Shown here: one piece after another, positions 19,689-31,365 of the stretch | Layout of the letters: every line of letters starts with the position of its first letter | How positions within the stretch are numbered: position 1 is the stretch's first letter | Source of the DNA: an uncultured Thermoleophilia bacterium | GTDB taxonomy: Bacteria; Actinomycetota; Thermoleophilia; Solirubrobacterales; 70-9 | Length of the DNA: 64,000 nt | Assembly: GCA_963785155.1 (NCBI GenBank) | Contig: CAWAUB010000010.1 | Location: 1,829-65,828 of the forward strand | Direction: 5' to 3' | Translations under genes and position numbers: made by a program | Notes under the pieces: model-generated | The model's database searches: none | Seen by the model: only the letters and a program-made list of their open reading frames with translations | What the model was told of the DNA's origin: nothing

Positions 19689-20775
19689 ATGGAGGGCACC
19701 CCCACGCAGGGAATCACCGTATTTCTCGACAGCGCGGACATCCTCATCGTCGACGATGAGGAATCGAACACCGCGGTCCTAAAGCGGCTGCTCGAACGCG
19801 AGGGACACGCTTCGGTGAGCACGGAGACCGATCCGGCCAGAGCGGTCGAGCTCTGCCGAGCGGTCTCCCCCGATCTCGTCCTGCTCGATATCCACATGCC
19901 GCAGATGGATGGCTTCGCGGTGCTCGGCGAGCTGCGCGAGGTGTATGGAACCGAAGGACCGATGCCGGTGATCATGCTGACCGGCGACCTCTCCGAGACG
20001 GTGCGAAGGCGGGCACTCAGTGAGGGCGCGAGCGACTTCATCACGAAGCCGTTCAACGAGACCGAGGTCGTGCTTCGGGTACGCAACCTGCTCCAGACTC
20101 ACCAGCTTCACGTCGCGCTCGAGCGGGCCAACGCCTCCCTAGAGGCCCGGGTTCGCAAGCGCACCGAGGAGCTCGACCAGGCGCGCATCGAGATCCTCGA
20201 ACGGCTCGCGGCGGCCGGCGAATATCGCGACGACGCCACCGGCGAGCACGCTCAGCGGGTCGGCCGGATCGCAGCCCTCCTCGCCGAGTCGCTCAAGTTC
20301 GGCGACGAGCGGGTGGACCTGATCCGCCAGGCGGCGACCCTCCACGACATCGGCAAGATCGGCATTCCCGACGCCGTCCTCCTCAAGCCCGGCAAATTCA
20401 CCGACGAGGAATACGAGTTGATGAAGGGCCACACGACGATCGGCGCGGGGATCCTCTCCGGCAGCGATTCGCCATTGCTCCAGATGGCCGAGGAGATCGC
20501 GCTCAGCCACCACGAGCGCTGGGATGGCAGCGGCTATCCCCGCGGCCTGGCCGGGAAGGACATCCCGATCACCGGGCGCATCGTCGCCGTTGCGGACGTC
20601 TTCGACGCCCTCACGCAGAACCGGCCTTACCGCGACGCCTGGGGCCTCAACGACGCGGTCGAGGAGATCGACGCACAATCCGGGACGGCACTTCGACCCG
20701 AACGTCGTCGAGGCCTTCTCACAATCGATCGCCGGCGCCGCGGCGGAGCTGATGCGAAGCGGAGCGGTCTCCTAG
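19689..20775 (+). CDS. Response regulator with an HD-GYP (c-di-GMP phosphodiesterase-type) output domain; one apparent frameshift near 20685
   Basis: The receiver domain reads ILIVDDEESN...LVLLDIHMPQMDG...ITKPF. The HD-GYP domain reads ATLHDIGKIGIPD...HHERWDGSGYPRGL. The C-terminus GRHFDPNVVEAFSQSIAGAAAELMRSGAVS lies in the frame of 20524..20775. Confidence 0.8.
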
Positions 20776-21779
20776 GCGGCGAGCCCGGCGAGCTCCGCGA
20801 CCCGGACGCGGTGGGCGCCCGCGGGGCCCATCAGGGCGCCATCGGTCTTGGCCCGCTTGAGCAGGAACTGCAGGTCGTGCTCCCAGGTGAACCCGATACC
20901 GCCGAAGACCTGCAGCGCCGAAGCGGTGACCGCCCACGCGCTGTCGGAGGCACGGGCCTTCGCCATGTGGGCCGCAAAGGGGAGCGACTCCGGCTGGGCG
21001 TCGGCGCACCACGCGGCGTAGAGCGTGAGCGAGCGCGCCTCCTCGACGTCCCAGAGCATCTCGGCGCAGCGGTGCGAGACCGCCTGGTAGGCGCCGATCG
21101 GGCGGCCGAACTGCTCGCGCTCCTTCGCGTACTCGACCGCCATCTCCATCGCCCGCTGCGCGATCCCGACCATCTCGGCGGCGATCGCAACGGTGCCGCG
21201 GGCGATGTGCTCGAGCTCGTCGCTCGGGAGCGGGTCGCCGCCGGTCGCGGTGGCGCGGGCGTAGGAGCGCGTCGTGTCGATCAGTTCGAGCGGCTCGAGC
21301 TCCGCCTGCGATGGCTCCGCGATCACTCCCTTAGGGCCGTGATCACATGGGGCGAGAACGAGCACTGCGGCACCGTCGCCGTCGATGACGGTCGCCTTCT
21401 CGCTCGGCTCGACGGCGGCGGCGCCCCGTTCCTCGCCTGACGCGATCCCGGGGAGCCACTTCGACTTCTGCTCGTCGGTGCCGTTCCCCTCGATCAGGAT
21501 TCCGGCGATGGCGTTCGAGAGGTACGGGACCGCGGCGCACGCGTAGCCGAGCTCCTCGCAGATGATCGCCAGCTCAACCGTGCCGAGCCCCTGGCCCCCG
21601 TGCTCCTCGGCGATCGAGATCCCGGGCCAGCCGAGCCCGCAGATCTCGCTCCAGAGCTCGTCGTCGCGGGTGCCCGCCTCGGCGTGCTCCCGGACGCGCG
21701 AGAGCGGCGAGCGCTTGGTCAGCATCTCGCGCGCCGTGTCGCGGATCGCCTGCTGCTCGTCGTTGAAGCCGAAGTCCAT
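20772..21779 (-). CDS. Acyl-CoA dehydrogenase family protein (short, beta-like subunit)
   Basis: The ORF is 335 aa: MDFGFNDEQQAIRDTAREML...AKEREQFGRPIGAYQAVSHRCAEM...LQVFGGIGFTWEHD. It lies 10 nt downstream of the preceding ACAD gene. Confidence 0.85.
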   Translation of the reverse strand: MDFGFNDEQQAIRDTAREMLTKRSPLSRVREHAEAGTRDDELWSEICGLGWPGISIAEEHGGQGLGTVELAIICEELGYACAAVPYLSNAIAGILIEGNGTDEQKSKWLPGIASGEERGAAAVEPSEKATVIDGDGAAVLVLAPCDHGPKGVIAEPSQAELEPLELIDTTRSYARATATGGDPLPSDELEHIARGTVAIAAEMVGIAQRAMEMAVEYAKEREQFGRPIGAYQAVSHRCAEMLWDVEEARSLTLYAAWCADAQPESLPFAAHMAKARASDSAWAVTASALQVFGGIGFTWEHDLQFLLKRAKTDGALMGPAGAHRVRVAELAGLAA

Positions 21780-21788
21780 GGGTTGGTC

Positions 21789-22982
21789 CTAGCGGAGCTT
21801 GGGTAGGCCGAGCACCCGCTCGGCGACGATGTTCTTGAGGATCTCCGTGGTGCCACCCTCGATCGAGTTGGCCCGGGCACGGAGGAAGCGATAGGCCCAC
21901 ATCGAGTCGCGCTCGAGCATCTCGACTCCGCCGATGTCCACGGCGAGCTCGGTCATCGCCTGGTTGGTCGAGGACCACTGAAGCTTCGCGACCGAGCCCT
22001 CGGGGCCCGGGATGCCGACCTTCATCGTCTGGGTCAGGGCGCGCATCGCGCCGAGCCGCAGGCCCTCGATCCCGATCTTCAGGCGGGCGATCTTGTCGCG
22101 GATCAGCGGGTCGCCGCCGAGGCCGCGCTCGTTCGCGAGCTCGACGAGCTCGTCCAGCGCAGCCGACATCGCCATCGCCGCCGAGCCGCCGAGGCCGGCG
22201 CGCTCGTGCATCAGCGTCGTGATCGCGACGTTCCAGCCGTTGCCGACGCCGCCGATCACGTTGTCGTCGGGGATCCGCGCCTCCTCGATGAAGAGCTCGT
22301 TGAACTCCGACTCGCCGGTGATCTGGCGCAGGGGCCGAACCTCGACCTCGTCCTGCTCCATGTCGCAGATGAAGTAGGTGAGCCCCTTGTGCTTGGGCAC
22401 GTCCGCGTCAGTGCGGGCGACGAGCATGCACCACTTCGCCTCGTGCGCGAACGTGGTCCAGACCTTCTGCCCGGTCACGACCCAGTCGCCGTTGTCCTTC
22501 ACGGCGCGCGTCTTCAGCGATGCGAGGTCGGATCCCGACTCGGGCTCGGAGAAGCCCTGGCACCAGATCTCCTCGCCGGAGAGGATCGGATCGAGGAAGC
22601 GCTCCTTCTGGTCCTCCGTGCCGTGGGCGATGACGACCGGGCCGCCCATGACGAGGCCGAGCACGTTCGCCGGCCGGGGGACCTTGGCGCGGGCCATCTC
22701 CTCGGCGGCGATCGACTGCTCGATCAAGGTGGCGCCGCGGCCGCCGTAGTCCTTCGGCCAGGAGATCCCCGCCCAGCCGCCGGAGTGCATCACCTTCTGC
22801 CAATCGCGCTGGAACTGGAACTCGGCCTGGTCGCCGCCGCCGGGGCTCGGGCCAGGGTGGTTCTCCTCCAGCCACGAGCGGATCTCGTCGCGGAATGCCT
22901 CTTCCTCGGAGCTGAGCGTCAGGTCATTCGAAAGATGCAGCGAGATGCGTCTATGACGGGAACCTATCGCGGCTCGCGCCAC
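21789..22982 (-). CDS. Acyl-CoA dehydrogenase family protein (long, alpha-like subunit)
   Basis: The ORF is 397 aa: LSSEEEAFRDEIRSWLEENHP...WCQGFSEPESGSDLASLKTRA...SIEGGTTEILKNIVAERVLGLP. The exact start is uncertain, and the track start overlaps the GNAT gene. Confidence 0.85.
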   Translation of the reverse strand: MARAAIGSRHRRISLHLSNDLTLSSEEEAFRDEIRSWLEENHPGPSPGGGDQAEFQFQRDWQKVMHSGGWAGISWPKDYGGRGATLIEQSIAAEEMARAKVPRPANVLGLVMGGPVVIAHGTEDQKERFLDPILSGEEIWCQGFSEPESGSDLASLKTRAVKDNGDWVVTGQKVWTTFAHEAKWCMLVARTDADVPKHKGLTYFICDMEQDEVEVRPLRQITGESEFNELFIEEARIPDDNVIGGVGNGWNVAITTLMHERAGLGGSAAMAMSAALDELVELANERGLGGDPLIRDKIARLKIGIEGLRLGAMRALTQTMKVGIPGPEGSVAKLQWSSTNQAMTELAVDIGGVEMLERDSMWAYRFLRARANSIEGGTTEILKNIVAERVLGLPKLR

Positions 22983-23549
22983 ATCGGCGCGACGACGGGT
23001 CCGCCGTCCGGCATCTGCTCGTGGGCGAGCGCCTCAAAACCGAGCCGCTCGTAGAAGCCGACCGTGTCCGGGTTGGTCGCGTGGAGGTACGCGTGCTCGC
23101 CGCGCTGGTCGCACGCATCGAGGACCGGCGCGAGGATCGCCGCCCCCGCGCCGTTGCCCTGATTCTCCGGGCGAACGGCGACATAGACGAGGTGGAGGCT
23201 CGGCGGCTCCTCTGGCTTGTGGGCACCCACCGAACCGAGGGCGCCCATGACGTCCGACGCCCGCTCGCCGAGCTTCTCCTCGACGAACGCGCCGACCCTT
23301 GCCATCTCCTCGGGCTCGGCGAGTGGCACTCCGAGGGCGGTCCAGACCGCCGCGGCGCCGGCCTCGTCGTCGATGTGGGCCGGGCCCTTGCCGAGCGTTA
23401 CGCCCACGACCATCTCGAGCCATTCGTGCAGCGCCGAGTCGAAGTCGATCGCGCCGAACATCCAGCGGAACATCGGGTCCTCGTCGAAGCCGCCAGCGAG
23501 GATTTCCACGATCGAGCCGAGGTCCTCGCGGGTGGCGTCGCGCATCGAC

Positions 23550-23557
<8 letters not shown>
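22964..23557 (-). CDS. GNAT-family N-acetyltransferase
   Basis: The 197-aa ORF has an acetyl-CoA binding motif VYVAVRPENQGNGAGAAIL followed by HATNPDTVGFYERLGF. Confidence 0.8.
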
Positions 23558-25536
<1,979 letters not shown>

Positions 25537-25569
25537 CGGTCCGATTATCGGCGTTTTCGGGCCGTCTTG

Positions 25570-26554
25570 TTAGAACGCGTACAGCAGCAGCAACGCGGTG
25601 CCCACCCAGACGACGGCGGCGGCGATCATCCCCGGGTCGCGGGTCAGGATCTCCGCGGTCGAGCGGGTATCGCCCCGGTCGTAGATCAGGTAGAGGTAAC
25701 GGAAGATCCCGTAGATCACCGGCGGCGCCGTCGCCAGCATCTCCGAGCCGATGAAGGGCGAGTCGACCGCATAGACGGCGTAGCTGATCACCGCCGCCGC
25801 GGTGACCATCGCGATCATCTGGTCGAGGAACGGCAGCGAGTAGTGCTCGAGGACGGGCGGGTGTACCCGGGCCCGGGGGGACCCGGACGCGAAGCGGAGG
25901 ATCCCCCGGCGATTGTTTCTCCTCCTGCATGGCCTCCTGGCGTCGCTTGGTGAAGCCGAGGAAGAGGGCGAGCATGCCGGTGCAGACGAGCAGCCACTCG
26001 GAGGCCTGCGCGTCCACGGCGACCGCGCCGGCGACGACGCGGAGGATGAAGAGCCCGGCGATCGTCATCACGTCGACGATCACGAGCCGCTTCAGGATCA
26101 ACGTGTAGGCGGCCGTCGCGACGCCGTAGCCCGCGACGATGGCGGCGACCTCGGCGGAGACGGTGAACCCGATCGCGATGGCGGCCGCTGCGAGGGCGAC
26201 CCCGACGGCGGCGGCGAGGCCCGGCGAGAGCTCCCCCGCCGCGATCGGCCGCCGCCGCTTCTCGTGGTGGCGGCGATCGTGCTCCGCGTCGCGCAGGTCG
26301 TTGAGCAGGTAGCCCGCGCTGGAGATCGCGCAGAAGGCGGCGAAGGTCAGCAGCGCCGCGCCGAACGGCTCCGCCTCGTCGAACTGCCGCGAGAAGATGA
26401 GCCCGGCGAAGACGAGCAGGTTCTTGACCCACTCCTGCGGCCGCATCGCGACGATTAGGGCGTGCAGGGTGGTCCGGCGTGGCGTGGGCGGCGTCATGGT
26501 GGGCGGCATTTCGGGAGGCGCAGGCCGCTCCCGGGTGAGCGATTCCATGGGCAA
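25570..26554 (-). CDS. UbiA-family prenyltransferase, decaprenyl-phosphate phosphoribosyltransferase-like; one apparent frameshift near 25905-25925
   Basis: The N-terminal 210 aa of track ORF 24368..26554 read MRPQEWVKNLLVFAGLIFS...YLLNDLRDAEHDRRHHEKRRRPIAAGELS. The C-terminus GILRFASG...VLEHYSLPFLDQMIAMVTAAAVISYAVYAV...VWVGTALLLLYAF lies in the frame of 25570..25818. Confidence 0.7.
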
Positions 26555-26700
26555 GGGAGGATAGGTCTGGTGCGTGGCGGCGGCTGCAGGACGAAAAACA
26601 GCGGCAAGTAGGGGAGGGCGACTGGGCCGGAAAGGGGGGCGCGAAGCCGTCCTCGCGACTTATTCGTTCTGTGGACGAATTTCTCGCGAAGGCGGAGCGA

Positions 26701-27361
26701 ATGGTCGCGGAGATCGCAGGTCGGCAGCATGGGTGATCTACGCCGTCGGCCACCGAAAGATCTCTCAGGAAGGCCGCTGGATCGCCTCCGTTTTCGCCTT
26801 CGGCCCTCAGGCCGTATTGAGCCACGACTCCGCAGCTGCCCTCTGGGGCCTCGCACGTTCCCCTACAGGCGCAGTTGTCCACGTCAGCGTCCCGGACCGA
26901 GGCACTCGAACCAAGCGCCGAGGTATCCGCCTGCACTACTCCTCGAGCCTCACGTCCTCCGACACCACCCGGCGCAAGAACATCCCGGTCACCACCCGCG
27001 AGCGCACCCTCGCCGACATGGGCTGGGACTCAGAGCCGACCCGAAGCCACCTCGAGCGGCTCTTCCTGAAGCTGATCCGCGACGCCGGCCTCCCACGCCC
27101 CGAAGTGAACGCCAAGTCGGTCCCTACACCGTCGACTTCCTCTGGCGCACCCCAGCGCCTCATCGTCGAAACCGACGGCTACGAGTTCCACTCCTCACGA
27201 GCGTCGTTCGAAGTCAGATCGCGCGCCGCGACCGCGAGCTTCAGCGGCGCGGCTTCGTCGTCCTGCGCTTCACCTACCGAGAGGTCGCCGACGATCCCGA
27301 CCTCGTCGTCTCGGCCCTTCGTGCCCCTCTGGCTAGGGATCGATCAGCACACCCGGGTTGA
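26701..27361 (+). pseudogene. Degraded DUF559 / AbiEi-N-like (endonuclease-related) gene relic
   Basis: MVAEIAGRQHG is followed by a TGA. The sequence then reads VIYAVGHRKISQEGRWIASVFAFGPQAVLSHDSAAALWGL...IPVTTRERTLADM...LERLFLKLIRDAGLPRPEVNAK. The next segments, VGPYTVDFLWRT, QRLIVETDGYEFHSSRASFE and DRARDRELQRRGFVVLRFTYREV, lie in alternating frames. The segment between RQHG and VYAVGH that is present in the other copy (49.7 kb) is missing. Confidence 0.6.
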
Positions 27362-28989
27362 GAATCCCGTTTGGATCCACCGCCTTCTTCGCGCCGCGCA
27401 GCGCCTCCGCGAAGCGGTCCGGGCGCTGGCGGTCGTACCAGGGGCGGTGGTCTCGGCCGACGGCGTGGTGGTGGGTGATCGTGCCGCCGGCGTCGATCAC
27501 CGCGTCGGAGGCGGCGGCCTTGATCTCGTCCCACTGGGCGACCTCGGAGCCGCGGCGGCCGGGGGCGAGGATCGTGAAGTAGGGCGCCGGGCCGTCAGGG
27601 TAGACGTGGGTGAAGCGGCAGGAGACGCGGGCGGCGCCGGGGCCCTCGGCGGGCGCGCCGGTTACCTCGGCGACGGCGGCCCGGACCCGCTCGGAGACCC
27701 CGGCGTGGAACTCGGGAAAGCGGTCCCAGGTGATCGAGGTCTCGAAGGTGTCGGAGATCACGCCGCAGGCCACGAGCGTGTCGCGCAGGTAGGGCGCGGC
27801 GAGGAACGCGTGCCGCCAGGCCCGACCGCGTCACCGCCCAGGGCGGGTCACCCGACCGTCGGTGTGCGGCTCGGTCTGTCCGCCTCCCCTTCGATCTCGC
27901 CCGCCTTCCCCCCATGCCCCTGCGCCATCTCGATCACCGCCGCCATCGGCTCGTCCACCGGCACGTGCGCCGACTCGAAGCCGAGCACCAGGACGGCTAC
28001 GGACCCGTCCCCCGCCCCGGAGGTCTCCGCCTCGAGCGGATCGAGCAGGCGGCAGTTCGACGGGTTGAGGCCGGACTGCGCGATCTCGCGGACGGCCTCG
28101 GCGCCCGCCTCGAACGAGTCGAAGGCCACGCCGCACGAGAGCTTTGCCGTCGGCCGCGGGCGCACCCGGACCCAGGCCTCGGTGACCACGCCGAGCGTTC
28201 CCTCAGAGCCGATCAGCATCCGGTCGGGACTCGGCCCGGCTCCCGAACCCGGCAGCCGCCGGCTCTCCCACTCGCCCGTCGGTGTGATCGCCCGGACGGA
28301 CTCGACGAGGTCGTCGATGTGGGTGTAGAGCGTCGCGAAGTGCCCGCCGGCGCGGGTGACCACCCAGCCGCCGAGGGTCGAATACTCGAAGGACTGCGGG
28401 AAGTGGCGGAGGGTCAGCCCCCGCTCGCGCAGCTGGTCCTCGAGCGACGGACCCAGCGCGCCGGCCTGGATCCTCGCCGCGCTCGAGACCTCGTCGACCT
28501 CGAGGACGCGGTCGAGCCGGCCGAGGTCGATCGTGACCGCGCCCGGGTACTCGTCGCCGAAGCGCGGCTCGACGCCGCCGACGACGCTCGTGCCGCCGCC
28601 ATAGGGGATCGCCGCGATCCCCTCCTCCGCGCACCAGCCGAGCACCGCCTCGAGCTCGGCCTCATCAGCCGGGCGCGCGACCAGATCGGGCGGGTTCTCG
28701 AACTCGCCGCGAAAGCCGCGGACGACGTCCCGGTAGGCCTTGCCGAGGGCATGCGAGACGCGGTCGTGGCGGTCCGCGCCGACGAACCCGGCAAGCGAGC
28801 AGGCGCCTCGACCCGCGGTTCGCGCAGCTCGACGTCCTCGAGCGCCACCGGCTCGTCGATCCGCTCGACCTCGAAGCCGAGCCGCTCGTGGACCGCCTTC
28901 GCCGCCGCCTCGAGCCCGGCGCGGTCGGGCTGCTGGTCCTCCCAGCCCCAGCCCCAGTGCTTGCGCCGCCTCGTGCTCGTCGTCGCCAT
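27333..28989 (-). pseudogene. FAD-linked oxidase of the alkylglycerone-phosphate synthase (AGPS)-like type, with at least three lesions
   Basis: The N-terminus MATTSTRRRKHWGWGWEDQQPD has the WxGWG motif typical of AGPS-like proteins. The FAD domain reads AAIPYGGGTSVVGG...FPQSFEYSTLGGWVVTRAGGH. The C-terminus reads AWRHAFLAAPYLRDTLVACGVISDTFETSITW...GGTITHHHAVGRDH...NPGVLIDP. The three pieces lie in three frames: a frame change near 28800, an in-frame TGA at 27848-27850 and a frame change near 27820. Confidence 0.7.
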
Positions 28990-29029
28990 TCGCCTCGACC
29001 CTACCTGCCGGGATAGAGTCGGATCGCGA

Positions 29030-30130
29030 ATGGTCGAGAGCGCGGCGACTCCAGAAATCCCGACGTGGCGTCGGCGCGCGATGGCGCTCGCCAAGTCGAT
29101 GACGTTCCCGCTGGTTCCCGACGACTACCTCGGCCTCCTCAACCCGGCCTGGTCGGCACGCGAGCTGACCGGGCAGATCGAGCGGATCAAGCCCGAGACC
29201 AGCGAGACATCGACCGTCGTCATCCGGCCGCACTTCCCCTGGCCAGGTCATCGCCCAGGCCAATACCTGCGGATCGGCGTCGAGCTCGACGGGATCCGCC
29301 ACTGGCGGGCCTACTCGCTGACCTCGGACCCGGACCATCCGGAGGGGCTCGTCTCGATCACGGTCAAGCACGTGCCCGAAGGGCTGATGTCGCCCTACTT
29401 CACCCAGCGCGTCGAGCCCGGCTCGATGGTCTACCTGGGCGACGTCGAGGGCGAGTTCCGGATGCCCGATCCCCTGCCCCAGCGCACGCTGCTGATCAGC
29501 GCCGGCAGCGGGATCACGCCGATCTGGTGCATGCTGCGCGAGCTCGAGCGGCGCGACGAGCTGGGCGACGTGCTCCACATCCACTGTGCGCGCGAGCCCG
29601 ATCAGGTGATCTTCGGCGATGACCTGAGACGGATGAACGACACCTACGAGGGCTACACGCTGCAGGAGCACCTGACCGGCCAGGTCCCCCGCCTAAACGG
29701 CGAGAGCCTCGCCGAGATCTGCTCGGACTGGGCCGACCGGGAGACGTTCCTCTCCGGTCCTCGAGGTCTGATGGACGTCCTCGAGGACCACTGGAAGGCC
29801 GAAGGCGATCACGCCCGCCTCAACATGGAGCGCTTTCAGCCCGTGATCGGGCGCGGCGACGCGGAGGTCGGCTCCGGCGGGACCGTCAGCTTTCGGGTCA
29901 CCGACGCCGAGGCGACCTGCGACGTCGGCATCTCGATTCTCGTCGGCGGCGAGGAGGCCGGGGCGATCCTGCCCTTCGGATGCCGTCTGGGGATTTGCCA
30001 CACCTGCAAGGGAAAGCTGCAATCAGGGCAGGTCCGCGATCTGCGAACCGGCGAGCTCCACGGCGAGCCGGGCCAGACCATCCGGACCTGTGTAAACGCC
30101 CCCGAAGGGCATATCGAGATCGCACTATGA
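29030..30130 (+). CDS. Ferredoxin-reductase-type oxidoreductase (FAD/NAD-binding plus C-terminal 2Fe-2S), the electron donor for the adjacent desaturase
   Basis: This is the last 366 aa of track ORF 27914..30130, starting at the ATG at 29030. The FAD motif is RAYSLTS, the NAD motif is LLISAGSGITP, and the 2Fe-2S cluster motif is CRLGICHTCKGKL. The arrangement matches the mycobacterial Rv3230c/DesA3 pair. Confidence 0.85.
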   Translation: MVESAATPEIPTWRRRAMALAKSMTFPLVPDDYLGLLNPAWSARELTGQIERIKPETSETSTVVIRPHFPWPGHRPGQYLRIGVELDGIRHWRAYSLTSDPDHPEGLVSITVKHVPEGLMSPYFTQRVEPGSMVYLGDVEGEFRMPDPLPQRTLLISAGSGITPIWCMLRELERRDELGDVLHIHCAREPDQVIFGDDLRRMNDTYEGYTLQEHLTGQVPRLNGESLAEICSDWADRETFLSGPRGLMDVLEDHWKAEGDHARLNMERFQPVIGRGDAEVGSGGTVSFRVTDAEATCDVGISILVGGEEAGAILPFGCRLGICHTCKGKLQSGQVRDLRTGELHGEPGQTIRTCVNAPEGHIEIAL

Positions 30131-30141
30131 GGAGCTGAACG

Positions 30142-31341
30142 ATGCCCAGTGTCAACGGTGCGTATACGAGTGCCGACCCCAATCATCCGCTGCACCGCCT
30201 GACGCCCGAGCAGATCGACGAGATCGGCGAGGCCTTCCAGGCGATCGGCGACGAGGTGCGGGCCGACCTCGGCGCGCGCGATGCCGACTACATCCGCAGC
30301 ATCGTCCAGTTCCATCGCCGTCTCGCCGCCCTGTCCCGGATCGTGCTGATGGCCTCGCGCTATCCGCCGGCGTGGATTCTCGGAACGGCCGGCCTGGGCA
30401 CGGCGAAGATCCTCGAGAACATGGAGATCGGGCACAACATCCTCCACGGGCAGTGGGACTGGATGAACGACCCGAACATCCACTCCTCTACCTGGGACTG
30501 GGACACCACCTCGACCTCGGCAGCGTGGAAGCACTCGCACAACTACCTCCATCACACCTACACGAACGTCGTCGGCAAGGACAAGGACGTCGGCTACGAG
30601 GTCATGCGCGTCGATCCGAAGCAGAGGTGGGAGCCACGCTTCCTCGCCCAGCCGCTGGTCAACGTGTTCCTGATGCTCTTCTTCGAGTGGGGCGTCGCCG
30701 TCCACGACATCGACATCGAGGCGATCCGCGCCGGGACCAAGGACAAGAAGCAGCTGCGCCGCGAGCTCAAGGAGTTCGGCCAGAAGGCGGGCCGCCAGAT
30801 CCTCAAGGACTACGTGATGTTCCCGGCGCTCAGCGGCCGCAAGGGGTTCAAGCGGACGCTCCAGGCGAACCTGGCCGCGAACTTCATCCGCAACATCTGG
30901 TCGAACGCGATCATCTTCTGCGGGCACTTCCCCGACCAGGCCTACACGTTCACCGAGGAGGAGGCCGCCGACGAGAGCCGCGGTGCCTGGTACGTCCGCC
31001 AGCTGATCGGCGCCGCGAACATCGAGGGCAACGACACGTTCCACCTGATGAGCGGCAACCTCAGCTACCAGGTCGAGCACCACCTCTACCCGGACATGCC
31101 GAGCTCCCGCTACAAGGAGATCGCGCCGCAGGTCAAGGAGATCTGCGAGCGCTACGAGCTGCCCTACAACACGGGCCCGTTCTTCCAGCAGTGGCTGATG
31201 GTCCAGCGAACGATCCTGCGGCTCGCGTTCCCCGGCGGCTCGACGCGCCCGAAGGCGCCCCCGTATGTCGAGCCGCCGGCCGTCGAGGATCCGGGGCCGG
31301 TGGTGGCCAGCGCCCAGGGCCCGATTCCGGCGTTCCCGTAG
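30142..31341 (+). CDS. Membrane fatty acid (acyl-CoA) desaturase, DesA3-like
   Basis: Three His boxes are present: HNILHG, HSHNYLHH and QVEHHLYP. The ORF is 399 aa and starts 12 nt after the reductase gene. Confidence 0.9.
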   Translation: MPSVNGAYTSADPNHPLHRLTPEQIDEIGEAFQAIGDEVRADLGARDADYIRSIVQFHRRLAALSRIVLMASRYPPAWILGTAGLGTAKILENMEIGHNILHGQWDWMNDPNIHSSTWDWDTTSTSAAWKHSHNYLHHTYTNVVGKDKDVGYEVMRVDPKQRWEPRFLAQPLVNVFLMLFFEWGVAVHDIDIEAIRAGTKDKKQLRRELKEFGQKAGRQILKDYVMFPALSGRKGFKRTLQANLAANFIRNIWSNAIIFCGHFPDQAYTFTEEEAADESRGAWYVRQLIGAANIEGNDTFHLMSGNLSYQVEHHLYPDMPSSRYKEIAPQVKEICERYELPYNTGPFFQQWLMVQRTILRLAFPGGSTRPKAPPYVEPPAVEDPGPVVASAQGPIPAFP

Positions 31342-31365
31342 GCGGGTCGAACCCGAGTCTGGGGC

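Noticed and set aside
27848-30130. ORFs 27848..29671(-) of 607 aa and 27914..30130(+) of 738 aa treated as single genes.
   Set aside because: Each contains one real segment (the AGPS-like core, and the last 366 aa ferredoxin-reductase-type protein, respectively). That segment is fused to antisense or off-frame sequence of the neighbouring gene.
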